A stretch of DNA of 34,399 nucleotides from Gemmatimonadota bacterium. GTDB taxonomy: Bacteria > Gemmatimonadota > Gemmatimonadetes > Palauibacterales > Palauibacteraceae. The position numbers and the translations under genes were made by a program. The notes under the pieces were generated by a model. It was not told the DNA's origin. It saw only the letters and a list, made by a program, of their open reading frames with translations, and made no database searches. Below, piece by piece: positions 8,323 through 17,518 of the stretch (position 1 is the stretch's first letter; every line of letters starts with the position of its first letter). Location of the stretch: the NCBI GenBank assembly GCA_039585935.1, contig JBDGUY010000002.1, positions 1 through 34,399 on the forward strand. The letters are read 5' to 3'.

Positions 8323-8352
8323 TTGCCCGAACCCCGTTTCGGGCGGTACTTT
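8323..8352 (+). promoter_or_regulatory. Second putative promoter (TTGCCC-N18-TACTTT) overlapping an inverted repeat
   Basis: -35 at 8323-8328, -10 at 8347-8352; inverted repeat GCCCGAA-N6-TTCGGGC at 8325-8344. Confidence 0.45.
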
Positions 8353-8418
8353 CGTGAGTCGAACCCCTCGGCCCCGGGGTTCCGTTCGATCGCCTACCGG
8401 TGGGTAAGGAGAGGTGCT

Positions 8419-8748
8419 ATGGGAGAGGCCATTCAAATCGCACGGGACGGGTCGTTCCAGCTGGGAGAGCGTTCATACCAGATTCCCGACGTGTTCTCTC
8501 CCCGAGAAGTATTCAGCTATCGAAGGCTGCTGGAACCGATTCCGGACATTCCCGGTGGAACGAGCCTCAGCGGTGAGCAGCGTACAAGGCAGATGGCGTA
8601 TTTCTTCCGCCGGGCAGCCGCATGCGTGATTCCCGGGCTGGAGCCTGCGGAACTCGAGACCCTTCCTTTCGGGACGCTCCAGGCGATGCACGGCTGGATC
8701 GCGGCGCACCGTCCGGAACTCTGTGCCGACGGGCGCCTGATCGCCTGA
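8419..8748 (+). CDS. Hypothetical protein (109 aa)
   Basis: Strong RBS AAGGAGAGG before ATG 8419; globular-looking sequence MGEAIQIARDGSFQLGERSYQIPDVFSPREV...; no family recognised. Confidence 0.75.
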   Translation: MGEAIQIARDGSFQLGERSYQIPDVFSPREVFSYRRLLEPIPDIPGGTSLSGEQRTRQMAYFFRRAAACVIPGLEPAELETLPFGTLQAMHGWIAAHRPELCADGRLIA

Positions 8749-8759
8749 ACGCTGATGAG

Positions 8760-8790
8760 CCCGGGTCCCCTGTCCGCGTGGGGATCCGGG
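8760..8790 (+). terminator. Stem-loop after the 109-aa ORF (possible terminator or processing site)
   Basis: CCCGGGTCCC...GGGATCCGGG forms a 10-bp stem with one G-U pair; no clear U-tract. Confidence 0.35.
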
Positions 8791-8857
8791 TATGCAGCGT
8801 CCGAGTTCCCGCTCGACGCTTCCATCCACCAGAGACCTTCGAAAACGGTTGTTCGTG

Positions 8858-10309
8858 ATGAATGAGAGCCCCGCCTTCCGGCGCGCCAAGATCCTTTGCA
8901 CGCTCGGACCCGCGAGCCGGGACCCGGGGGTATTCAAATCTCTCGTCGAAGCGGGCCTCGACGGGGTGCGCGTGAATTTTTCCCACAGTTCGCACGAGCA
9001 GGCAGCCCGGGCGGTCGAACTCGCGCGCTCCGCGTCCAGGGAGTCCGGTCGCGCGATCTCTGTCCTGGCTGATCTTCAGGGTCCGAAGATTCGGGTTGGA
9101 CTGCTTGCCTCTCCGCTGGAAATCGAGACCGGCGCGACCTACCTGGCCTATCCGGAAGATGAGGTGCCGGGTCCCGCGGATTCGACGGGACCCGTGCAGA
9201 TCCCGACCACGTACCCGGATCTCGCCACAGACCTCGGCCCGGGGGACCGGGTGCTGTTCGACGACGGCAAGATCGAACTGTCCGTGCTCGAGATCCAGGA
9301 CAACCGCGTGCTTCTCGAGGCGCTCGAGGGCGGCCCCCTCCGTTCCGGGAAGGGCATCAATCTTCCCGGGGTGGAGATCGGGGCGCCAAGCCTGACGGAA
9401 AAAGACCGTGAGGACGCCCGACTCGCGCTCGATCTGGGGGTCGATTACATCGCCCTGAGTTTCGTCCGCCGACCGGACGACCTGGACGAGTTGCGCGAGC
9501 TGGTCGCGGGGCGCGCACTGCTGATCGCGAAGATCGAAATGGCCCAGGCCCTTCGAAATCTCCACGGGATTCTGGCCAATGCGGATGGAGTGATGGTGGC
9601 CCGTGGAGACCTCGGAGTAGAGCTGGACTTCGAGGAGGTCCCGCTGGTTCAGAAGCGGATACTCCGCCTCACGAGCAGGGCCGCGAAGCTCGGAATCACG
9701 GCGACGCAGATGCTGGAATCGATGATCGTCTCCTCTCGTCCCACGCGCGCCGAGGTGTCGGATGTGGCAAACGCGCTGTTGGACGGGACGGATGCGGTGA
9801 TGCTCTCTGCAGAGACTGCGATCGGGGAGTATCCGGTCGAGTCGGTCAGCACGATGGCACGCATCATTCAACGGATCGAGCGAGAGCCTGGAATCGACGA
9901 AGACGTACAGGGAAGCGCACGGTTTCGCGGCCTGGCTCCGGTACACCATACGGTCGCCGGCGCCGTCGCCGGAGCGGCGGCTGAGGCCACGGACAGGCTC
10001 GGAGCTCCATTCCTCGTGACGTTCACCAACAGCGGATTCACGGCGTGGGTCCAGTCGGCTCAGCGACTGAAGGTTCCGATCCTGGCCGTTACGGACCAGC
10101 CCCGGACGTTCAGCCAGTTGGCGCTCGCCTACGGTGTCGTGCCGCTGCTGCTCGAAGCGGAAGCCTCGTACGAAAACATGCTGGAGTCGGCGCGGGTATT
10201 TGCCCGGCAGCACGGACTCGGCGAGGAAGGGGCCTCCTTCGTCGTGACAGCCGGAGTACCTTTCCACACCCCAGGCACGACGAACTACATGCGGATCGAA
10301 ACGCTCTGA
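8858..10309 (+). CDS. pyk: Pyruvate kinase
   Basis: KILCTLGPAS, RVNFSH, DLQGPKIR, IAKIE, MVARGDLGVE, ATQMLESM, PTRAEVSDVANA and DAVMLSAETA. Confidence 0.98.
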   Translation: MNESPAFRRAKILCTLGPASRDPGVFKSLVEAGLDGVRVNFSHSSHEQAARAVELARSASRESGRAISVLADLQGPKIRVGLLASPLEIETGATYLAYPEDEVPGPADSTGPVQIPTTYPDLATDLGPGDRVLFDDGKIELSVLEIQDNRVLLEALEGGPLRSGKGINLPGVEIGAPSLTEKDREDARLALDLGVDYIALSFVRRPDDLDELRELVAGRALLIAKIEMAQALRNLHGILANADGVMVARGDLGVELDFEEVPLVQKRILRLTSRAAKLGITATQMLESMIVSSRPTRAEVSDVANALLDGTDAVMLSAETAIGEYPVESVSTMARIIQRIEREPGIDEDVQGSARFRGLAPVHHTVAGAVAGAAAEATDRLGAPFLVTFTNSGFTAWVQSAQRLKVPILAVTDQPRTFSQLALAYGVVPLLLEAEASYENMLESARVFARQHGLGEEGASFVVTAGVPFHTPGTTNYMRIETL

Positions 10310-10317
10310 GGACAGGC

Positions 10318-11094
10318 GTGAACCTTCGATTCCTCGGTACCGGCACTTCGTTCGGCATTCCCGTCATCGGGTGTCGGTGCGCCGTATGCACCTCCACCGA
10401 TTCTCGAAACAAGCGGACTCGCCATGCTGTCGTGCTCGAAGCTGGCGATCACCGGCTGCTGGTCGACACTCCGCCGGAGTTGCGACTGCAGCTCCTGGCG
10501 GCGGACATCGATCGAGTCGATGCGGTGTTCCTTTCACACCCGCATGCCGACCACCTGCACGGGATCGACGATCTGCGCGCATTCACGGGGCACGATGAAT
10601 CCCGAATACCGCTGCACCTCGCGGCCGAGCACGTGGCCGAGGTCGCCACGCGGTTTTCGTACTTCCTGGGCCCCGAGCCCAGCAGACAGCCGGGGACCGT
10701 GGTGCCGAGCGTCGAACTGACGCCGTTTAACGATCGCGACCAGGTACATGCGGCGGGATTCGACCTTCGGGTGATCGGCTTCCCGCACGGGGCCTACCGG
10801 AGCTACGGGTTCCGGTGCGGAGATCTGTCGCTGATCGTTGATGCGAAGCGAGTGCCCGATGAGGTGTGGGGTCTTCTCGAGGGTAGCCGGGTACTGGTTC
10901 TCAACGCACTGTGGTTCGGTTCGCCGCACCCCGCTCATTTCAACGTCGAACAGGCGCTCGAAGTCATCGAGCGAGTACGTCCGGAGAGGGCATTTCTGAC
11001 GCATCTGACGCACAGGTTGGACCACGAGGATTTGAACGAGAGGCTGCCGCAGGGCGTCGAGGCGGCCTGCGATGGAATGGTGGTCGAGATCTGA
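10318..11094 (+). CDS. MBL-fold phosphodiesterase (PhnP/YycJ-like)
   Basis: GTG start 10318; FLGTGTSFGIPVIGCRCAVC, SHPHADHLHGIDDLR, HPAHF and THLTH. Confidence 0.92.
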   Translation: MNLRFLGTGTSFGIPVIGCRCAVCTSTDSRNKRTRHAVVLEAGDHRLLVDTPPELRLQLLAADIDRVDAVFLSHPHADHLHGIDDLRAFTGHDESRIPLHLAAEHVAEVATRFSYFLGPEPSRQPGTVVPSVELTPFNDRDQVHAAGFDLRVIGFPHGAYRSYGFRCGDLSLIVDAKRVPDEVWGLLEGSRVLVLNALWFGSPHPAHFNVEQALEVIERVRPERAFLTHLTHRLDHEDLNERLPQGVEAACDGMVVEI

Positions 11095-11124
11095 TTGCTG
11101 TACGCAGGGAGCGCGTCTTATATT
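11095..11124 (+). promoter_or_regulatory. Putative lepA promoter (TTGCTG-N18-TATATT)
   Basis: -35 at 11095-11100 and -10 at 11119-11124, in the 68-bp gap before lepA. Confidence 0.5.
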
Positions 11125-11162
11125 CGCGCTCCCGAAAATACGCCGAATCACCAGAGGTCTGA

Positions 11163-12962
11163 GTGAAGTTAGATTCGATTCGCAACTTCTCCATCGTCGC
11201 CCATATCGACCACGGGAAGTCGACGCTCGCCGATCGCCTGCTCGAGCGCACGGGCGCCGTAGAGCTCAGGAAGATGAAGGAGCAGGTGCTCGACTCGATG
11301 GATCTCGAGCGAGAACGAGGCATCACGATCAAGCTGAACGCGATCCGCCTGCCATATCGCGCCCTCGACGGTCGGGACTACGAGCTCAATCTGATCGACA
11401 CGCCGGGGCATGTGGACTTCACTTACGAGGTAAGCCGAAGCCTCGAGGCGTGCGAAGGCGCGCTCCTGATCATCGATGCATCGCAGGGAATCGAGGCCCA
11501 GACCATCTCCAACCTGTTTCTGGCCTTGAATGCAGGCCTGGAGATCATCCCGGTGATCAACAAGATTGATCTGCCTGCGGCGGAGCCGGAGCGCCGTCGA
11601 GATGAGGTCTGTGACCTGATGGGGATCGATCCGGACGACGTGCTCTTCGCGTCCGCCAAGGAGGGCTCGGGCATAGACGAGATCCTCGAGGCGATCGTGA
11701 GTCGCGTACCTCCCCCGACCGGGAATCCGGAGGCTCCGCTGCGGGCTCTGATCTTCGATTCCATGTACGACAAGTACCGGGGAGCCGTGCCGTTCATCCG
11801 GGTCGTGGACGGCTCGATCCGACCGGGCCAGAAGATCGGATTCGGAAAGGCCGCTGCGGTCTACGAGGTCGGCGAAGTCGGGTTTCTGCGCCTTGGATAT
11901 CAGCCGGTGGACGAGCTCTCGACCGGTGAAGTGGGCTACCTGACCGCTCAGATCAAGAACATCGCCGATACGAAGGTCGGAGATACGATCGTCGACGCCG
12001 AACGCCGGGCGACGGAGCTTCTGCCGGGCTACCAGGAGGCGAAGCCGGTCGTATTCGCCGGTCTGTATCCGTCGGACTCGGACCAGTTCGAGGAACTGCG
12101 CGATGCCCTGGCGCGCCTGCAGCTCAACGATGCGAGTCTGCATTACGAACCCGAGACTTCTCAGGCCCTCGGATTCGGATTCCGCTGCGGATTTCTCGGA
12201 TTGCTCCACATGGAGATCGTGCAGGAACGGCTCGAGCGGGAGGCAGGGCTCGATCTCGTGACCACGATCCCCAACGTCGAGTACCGTGTTACTCTGACCA
12301 ACGACCAGACGGTCTCGGTGGAAAATCCGAGCAAGATGCCCGAACGGGGTGTGATCGAAACCGTCGAGGAGCCCTACGTCCGAATTCACATGGTGACTCC
12401 GTCCGACTATATCGGCGGTATCCAGGCCCTGTGTCACGATCGCCGGGGAGAGTACGTCGGGCTGCACTACCTGGACTCGAATCGAGTCGAGATTCGCTAC
12501 GACATTCCGCTGGCGGAGATCGTACTCGATTTCTACGATCGGCTGAAGACGATCTCGAGGGGCTACGCGGCGCTGGACTATGAAATGGCCGGATTCCGGC
12601 TGTCCGACCTGGTCAAGCTGGACATCCTGCTGAATGGCGATCCGGTGGATGCGCTCAGCGTAATCGTGCACCGGGATCGCGCCTACGACTACGGCCGCAA
12701 GGTGGCCCGAAAGCTTCGCGAATTGATCCCGAGGCAGATGTTCGAGGTGGCGATTCAGGCGGCGATCGGTCGCGAGGTGATCGCCAGGGAGACAGTGAAA
12801 GCGCTCCGCAAGAACGTCACCGCGAAGTGCTACGGCGGAGACATCTCGCGAAAGCGCAAGCTGCTCGAGAAGCAGAAAGAGGGGAAACGCCGCATGAAAC
12901 AGGTGGGATCGGTCGAGATCCCGCAGGAGGCGTTTCTCGCCGTGTTGCAGGTCGGCGACTGA
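11163..12962 (+). CDS. lepA: Translation elongation factor 4
   Basis: [53 protein letters not shown] and [18 protein letters not shown]. Confidence 0.99.
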   Translation: MKLDSIRNFSIVAHIDHGKSTLADRLLERTGAVELRKMKEQVLDSMDLERERGITIKLNAIRLPYRALDGRDYELNLIDTPGHVDFTYEVSRSLEACEGALLIIDASQGIEAQTISNLFLALNAGLEIIPVINKIDLPAAEPERRRDEVCDLMGIDPDDVLFASAKEGSGIDEILEAIVSRVPPPTGNPEAPLRALIFDSMYDKYRGAVPFIRVVDGSIRPGQKIGFGKAAAVYEVGEVGFLRLGYQPVDELSTGEVGYLTAQIKNIADTKVGDTIVDAERRATELLPGYQEAKPVVFAGLYPSDSDQFEELRDALARLQLNDASLHYEPETSQALGFGFRCGFLGLLHMEIVQERLEREAGLDLVTTIPNVEYRVTLTNDQTVSVENPSKMPERGVIETVEEPYVRIHMVTPSDYIGGIQALCHDRRGEYVGLHYLDSNRVEIRYDIPLAEIVLDFYDRLKTISRGYAALDYEMAGFRLSDLVKLDILLNGDPVDALSVIVHRDRAYDYGRKVARKLRELIPRQMFEVAIQAAIGREVIARETVKALRKNVTAKCYGGDISRKRKLLEKQKEGKRRMKQVGSVEIPQEAFLAVLQVGD

Positions 12963-12978
12963 GGAATCGGGGTAGCCT

Positions 12979-14049
12979 GTGACGGACCGCCTGGTCATAC
13001 GAGCGCCGAACCACCTCGGGGAGATGATTCTCGCGTTGCCAGCACTGCATGCGGCGAGCGCGCGTGAACGAGCCGAAAAAGGCACTGCACCGATCGTCCA
13101 GGCCGTGAGCGGATTGGTACCATTGTTTACACTCGCCGGCCTCGACGCTCGTGTACTGGCGCTGTCGGACCGGCGGGACATTCGGGCCGCAGCTGGTGAA
13201 CTCCGTGACCGGGGCGCTCGGCGGGGAATTCTCCTCACGCCTTCGATCTCTTCTGCGCTCATCTTCCGGGCGGCCGGGCTGGCGACACGCCGCGGAACCA
13301 CCGGGGGCGGGCGTGCCTGGTTGCTGACCGACCCCGTCGACCGGTCCGAACTGCTTACTGATCACCGGGTGAAGGAGTTCATGGCGATCGCCGGGCTGCC
13401 CGTGGCTGAAGGTGAACCGCCGGCCCCGCGTCTCACAGAGCTCACCGCGTCCGCCTCGGCATGGGCGGACAGGCGGAAGGCCCTGCGGATTCCGGACGAC
13501 GGTAGATCGCCCGTGGCCCTGTTCCCTGGTGCGAAGGGAGCATCCCGCCGCTGGCCGGCAGAGAAGTTCGCAGCGCTCGGGCGTTCGCTCGCCGGGCGCG
13601 GGTATCGGGTTCTCGTACTTGGCGGACCCGACGATCGCGAGATTACGGCGGAGGTGACCGGGAGTGCGAGGACGGTCGATGGTCAACACGACGGTTCGGT
13701 GCTCGATCTCGGCGGCCGTACTTCACTGATAGAATTGGCCGGGCTCCTCGCGGAGTGCCATCTTCTGATAACGAACGACACTGGCCCGATGCACCTGGCG
13801 GCGGCACTCGATCGGCCCATCGTGGCGCTTGAGGGGCCGGCGGACATCCGGCAGACGCGTCCGCTCGCGAGTCGTGTGCGGCTGATCGGCCGGTTCGATC
13901 TACCCTGTGTCCCGTGTGTGAAGAACGAATGCCCGCGTACTGGTCGGGGCACCGTGCTCGAGTCGGCGGAGCGTGAGTGCCTCAGGCTCGTAACGGTCGA
14001 TGAGGTGCTCGAAGCCTCGGTCGCCCTTCTCGAGGAGGCGTCACCGTGA
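12979..14049 (+). CDS. Glycosyltransferase family 9 (LPS heptosyltransferase II, WaaF-like)
   Basis: RAPNHLGE, PGA...RRWP, NDTGPMHLAAAL and the Cys cluster CVPC...CP...C. Confidence 0.88.
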   Translation: MTDRLVIRAPNHLGEMILALPALHAASARERAEKGTAPIVQAVSGLVPLFTLAGLDARVLALSDRRDIRAAAGELRDRGARRGILLTPSISSALIFRAAGLATRRGTTGGGRAWLLTDPVDRSELLTDHRVKEFMAIAGLPVAEGEPPAPRLTELTASASAWADRRKALRIPDDGRSPVALFPGAKGASRRWPAEKFAALGRSLAGRGYRVLVLGGPDDREITAEVTGSARTVDGQHDGSVLDLGGRTSLIELAGLLAECHLLITNDTGPMHLAAALDRPIVALEGPADIRQTRPLASRVRLIGRFDLPCVPCVKNECPRTGRGTVLESAERECLRLVTVDEVLEASVALLEEASP

Positions 14050-15044
14050 ATGTGAACGACGGGAAATACATAGTCGGAGTGGACCTCGGTGGGACGACCA
14101 TCAACGTGGGTGTCGTACCGTTCGATGGTGGCTCGGTCCTCGGCATGCGGTCTGCGCCGACCGATGCGGACAAGGGTCCGAAATTCGTGGTGGATCGGAT
14201 CGTCGATCTGATTCGAGACGCGATGCGGGATGCGCAGAAAGAAGCCGGAGTCTCGGAGGATGCGTTCTACGGAATCGGCCTCGGATCGCCCGGTCCGCTC
14301 GATCGACACACGGGGACCGTGATCAACACTCCGAATCTCGGGTGGCGGAACTTTCCGCTGCGCGATCTGATCTCCAATGCGGTCGGTCTCGATGCCGAAC
14401 TCGACAACGATGCGAACGCGGCGGCCCTGGGAGAGTGGTGGCAGGGAGCCGGACGCGGGATCTCCACACTCGTCGGGGTGACCCTCGGCACGGGCATCGG
14501 AGGCGGCATCGTGCTCGATGGGAAGGTATTTCACGGGATCTCTGACGTGGCCGGCGAGGTCGGGCACATGACGATCGACTCGACAGGTCGCCGCTGTAAT
14601 TGCGGCAACTATGGATGCCTGGAGGCATACGCGTCAGGGCCGGCGATCGCTGCTCGCGCGGTGGAAGGTCTGCACTCAGGAGAACCGAGCCTTCTTCCAT
14701 CGATGGTCAGGGGCGATCTGTCACGGATCACTGCCGAGACCGTGTACGAGGCGATCGTGGCCGGGGACGACTATGCGAAGGAAGTCATGCGGGATACGGC
14801 GAAGTTTCTCGGCACGGGAATCGCGAATCTGATCAACATTTTGAATCCGGGGATGGTGGTGATCTCGGGTGGCGTGACTCGCGCCGGAGACCGACTTCTC
14901 GAACCGCTGAAGACAGAAGTGCGACGCCGCGCATTCAGCCACGCGGCGGAGAACTGCCAGATCGTCACGAGTTCGCTCGGAAGCACGGTCGGGGTAATTG
15001 GTGCCGCCTGCGTGTTCCGACAGGAACGGTTCGGCGACCTCTGA
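14046..15044 (+). CDS. ROK family sugar kinase (glucokinase-like)
   Basis: GVDLGGT, NDANAAALGE, TLGTGIGGG, GEVGH and CNCGNYGCLE; no N-terminal HTH. Confidence 0.95.
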   Translation: MNVNDGKYIVGVDLGGTTINVGVVPFDGGSVLGMRSAPTDADKGPKFVVDRIVDLIRDAMRDAQKEAGVSEDAFYGIGLGSPGPLDRHTGTVINTPNLGWRNFPLRDLISNAVGLDAELDNDANAAALGEWWQGAGRGISTLVGVTLGTGIGGGIVLDGKVFHGISDVAGEVGHMTIDSTGRRCNCGNYGCLEAYASGPAIAARAVEGLHSGEPSLLPSMVRGDLSRITAETVYEAIVAGDDYAKEVMRDTAKFLGTGIANLINILNPGMVVISGGVTRAGDRLLEPLKTEVRRRAFSHAAENCQIVTSSLGSTVGVIGAACVFRQERFGDL

Positions 15045-15045
15045 C

Positions 15046-15981
15046 ATGCCCCGACTCGGAGTTCTGGGCACCCTTGTACTCGATACGATTCACCGTCCCG
15101 CTCCGGCCGATGATGTTCTGACGGATTGGGGTGGGATCGCGTACTCTCTCGCGGCGCTGGAAGCGGTCGCCCCGACCGGTTGGAACGTGTTTCCTCTTAT
15201 CAAGGTCGGAGCAGATCTGCGGCCCGAGGCGGATGCCTTCCTGGCCGGTCTCGAGCGGGTAGAGTCGCTGGACGGGGTGGTCACCGTTGCGGAGCTGAAC
15301 AACAGAGTCGATCTGTTCTACAGCTCGAAGCCCCGTCGCTGCGAGAAGCTCACCGGGGGCGTGCCCGGCTGGAGGTGGCCGGAGCTTGCCGGCGCCGTCT
15401 CGACCTGTGATGCATTGATCGTGAATTTCATCGCCGGCTGGGAAATCGACCTGGAGACGGCCGGACGGCTGCGCTCGGACTATCGGGGCCCGGTCTACGC
15501 CGATATCCACTCATTGCTTCTCTCGGTCGGTCCGGACGGAGTTCGCTCTCTGCGGCCGCTCCCTGAGTGGCCTGCATGGCGCCGCTGCTTCGACTTCGTG
15601 CAGATGAATGAGGAGGAGTTGAACACGCTGGCGGAGGCTGACCGAGAGCCGCTGGACGAGGCACGAGAATCCGTGTTGAATGGACCGGAGACCCTGTTCG
15701 TCACCAGAGGTGCGGCGGGATCCCGGTGGTTCACCAGCACGGCCGATGGTGTGCGGGAGGGGGAGGTGGCGACAGAACCCGTGTCGGCCGAGGAGGCTGA
15801 TCCGACCGGATGCGGCGACGTGTGGGGTGCCGCGTGTGCGTCCAGCCTCCTCGCAGGGGAAAGTGCGGCAGCGGCGGCAAGCCGAGCGAACCGGGTCGCA
15901 GGGCTGGCCGCCACGTATAGAGGAACGGCCGGATTGGCGGCAGCGCTACGGTCCGCGGCGGATTCTGGAGGACAAGGATGA
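15046..15981 (+). CDS. PfkB-family carbohydrate kinase
   Basis: GG substrate motif (WGGIAY), QMNEEE, VTRGAAG and DPTGCGDVW. Confidence 0.88.
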   Translation: MPRLGVLGTLVLDTIHRPAPADDVLTDWGGIAYSLAALEAVAPTGWNVFPLIKVGADLRPEADAFLAGLERVESLDGVVTVAELNNRVDLFYSSKPRRCEKLTGGVPGWRWPELAGAVSTCDALIVNFIAGWEIDLETAGRLRSDYRGPVYADIHSLLLSVGPDGVRSLRPLPEWPAWRRCFDFVQMNEEELNTLAEADREPLDEARESVLNGPETLFVTRGAAGSRWFTSTADGVREGEVATEPVSAEEADPTGCGDVWGAACASSLLAGESAAAAASRANRVAGLAATYRGTAGLAAALRSAADSGGQG

Positions 15982-16880
15982 GCCGGGTAATCGATGTTCC
16001 CGAGGTGCTCGATCACCGGGGATTCGAAGAACTCGTCCGGTCCCTACCCGCGGCAGAGGATGCGGCAGGAGCGAGGATCCTCTTCAATGCCAAGCACGTC
16101 CGCTGGGTCTCTCCCTATGGGCTGATCGGACTCCTGGCAGTCGGGCAAGTGGCCCGCGAACGGACCGGTCTGTCGCCCCGTATCGAGGCGCCTGAGACTC
16201 GGGAGGTACGGACATATCTGGATCGGATGGACTTCTGGCAGTCGGCGCACGAGGTGTTCGATCTCGAACCGGGTGCGACACGTTCGCACGGGGCATCGGA
16301 TGCGCTGCTGGAAATCACGCCGATTCGGTCCCATCATGATGTGCATGCAGTCGTCGAGCGTGTCCGGGAACGCTCGGCCGCAATACTGGAGAATCATCTC
16401 CACTACCCGAAGCCATCGGTGATCCAGTTCAGTGTCATGCTGTCGGAAGTGTGTCAGAACATCATCGAGCACGCCGAAACCGTCGGCTGGGTATGCGCGC
16501 AGACCTACAACTACCGCGAGCGGCTCGGGCGCGAAGTGCTCATGCTCGCGGTAATGGACGTCGGGGTGGGATTCGAGGGCTCTCTCGCTTCCGAGCACGC
16601 CCGGAGGTTTGGCGAGTCCTGGTCTGCCGCGACCGCTCTGGAGGCGGCTCTGCTGTTCGGTGAGTCCCGGTTCCGGGATCCGGGCCGTGGGCAGGGACTT
16701 CAGGCAATTCGAAAGCAGGTGGAGAAATGGGATGGAATGCTCGCGATCCGAAGCGGTGATGCTCAGATCGCGCTCGTTCCTGACTGGGACGACTACCCGC
16801 CAATGCAGCGCTCTCTGCCTGCCTTCCCGGGAGCGCAGATCCTGATCGTCATGCCCGCTCGGACGGTGAAGGCTCGATGA
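15978..16880 (+). CDS. STAS-like + GHKL ATPase protein (anti-sigma/Ser kinase-like)
   Basis: N-box EVCQNIIEHA, G1 DVGVG, G2 GRGQGL, terminal PGAQI; the N-terminal ILFNAKHVRWVSPYGLIGLL is STAS-like; no DHp histidine domain seen. Confidence 0.8.
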   Translation: MSRVIDVPEVLDHRGFEELVRSLPAAEDAAGARILFNAKHVRWVSPYGLIGLLAVGQVARERTGLSPRIEAPETREVRTYLDRMDFWQSAHEVFDLEPGATRSHGASDALLEITPIRSHHDVHAVVERVRERSAAILENHLHYPKPSVIQFSVMLSEVCQNIIEHAETVGWVCAQTYNYRERLGREVLMLAVMDVGVGFEGSLASEHARRFGESWSAATALEAALLFGESRFRDPGRGQGLQAIRKQVEKWDGMLAIRSGDAQIALVPDWDDYPPMQRSLPAFPGAQILIVMPARTVKAR

Positions 16881-17518
16881 GCGTTCCGGGCGACGCGTCG
16901 GCGGGACGTGCGGCGATACCGGCGATCGCCGTGGCGAGTCTGTACCAGGAGTATCTCGTGACTCGCCAGACGGGCAGGGCAGTGCGCGACGGAATCGAGC
17001 GTCTGTTCGCCGACCGGTGTGGCGAATCCCTCGCCGTCATCGATTTCCGGGACGTGGTCGTGATCGACTTCAGCTGCGCCGATGAAGTCGTGGCGAAGCT
17101 GGTCATGGGATTCGGTGAGGACCAGGACGCCTCCGGCAATCTGTTCATTCTCGTGCGTGGGGTGCGTGACGACCACATGGATCCCGTCGAAGGGGCGCTG
17201 CGGCGCAGAGGGCTTGCCGTGGCCGCGGAGCGGACCAGCGGAGAGCCTGTGCTGCTCGGAGACGTGGATCCGGACGCCGGCGAGGCGTGGCGCATGCTCT
17301 GTGCATGCGGAAGGATCCGCTCACACGAACTCGCTCAGATGCTTGGCCTGGAGGCCGGGTCGTGCGATCGGCTTCTGGCCGACCTGTACCGACGGCGTCT
17401 CGTCCGGCGGTGCGGGGATGCCTTCGAGTCTCTCTCGTTTGCCGCTTCCGCGGCCGACGACAGGTCTCCCCCGCAGGAGCTTCAGGGCGACGACGGGCAC
17501 GCGCCCAACGACGGATGA
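16877..17518 (+). CDS. STAS-like (DUF4325-like) + C-terminal winged-helix protein
   Basis: LVTRQTGRAVR, IDFRDVVVIDFSCADEVVAKL; C-terminal SHELAQMLGLEAGSCDRLLADLYRRRLV has an HTH pattern. Confidence 0.7.
   Translation: MSVPGDASAGRAAIPAIAVASLYQEYLVTRQTGRAVRDGIERLFADRCGESLAVIDFRDVVVIDFSCADEVVAKLVMGFGEDQDASGNLFILVRGVRDDHMDPVEGALRRRGLAVAAERTSGEPVLLGDVDPDAGEAWRMLCACGRIRSHELAQMLGLEAGSCDRLLADLYRRRLVRRCGDAFESLSFAASAADDRSPPQELQGDDGHAPNDG

Noticed and set aside
8109-8357. 82-aa ORF in the NrdR-boxed leader, and the 8245 upstream extension of the 109-aa ORF
   Set aside because: TTG starts without an RBS, the first lying inside the promoter; the strong RBS points to ATG 8419.
11169-13301. 710-aa minus-strand ORF, and similar long antisense ORFs at 8567-10267, 3352-4557, 31388-32722 and 32455-33909
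   Set aside because: These are shadow frames of well-supported genes in GC-rich DNA, with no recognisable motifs.
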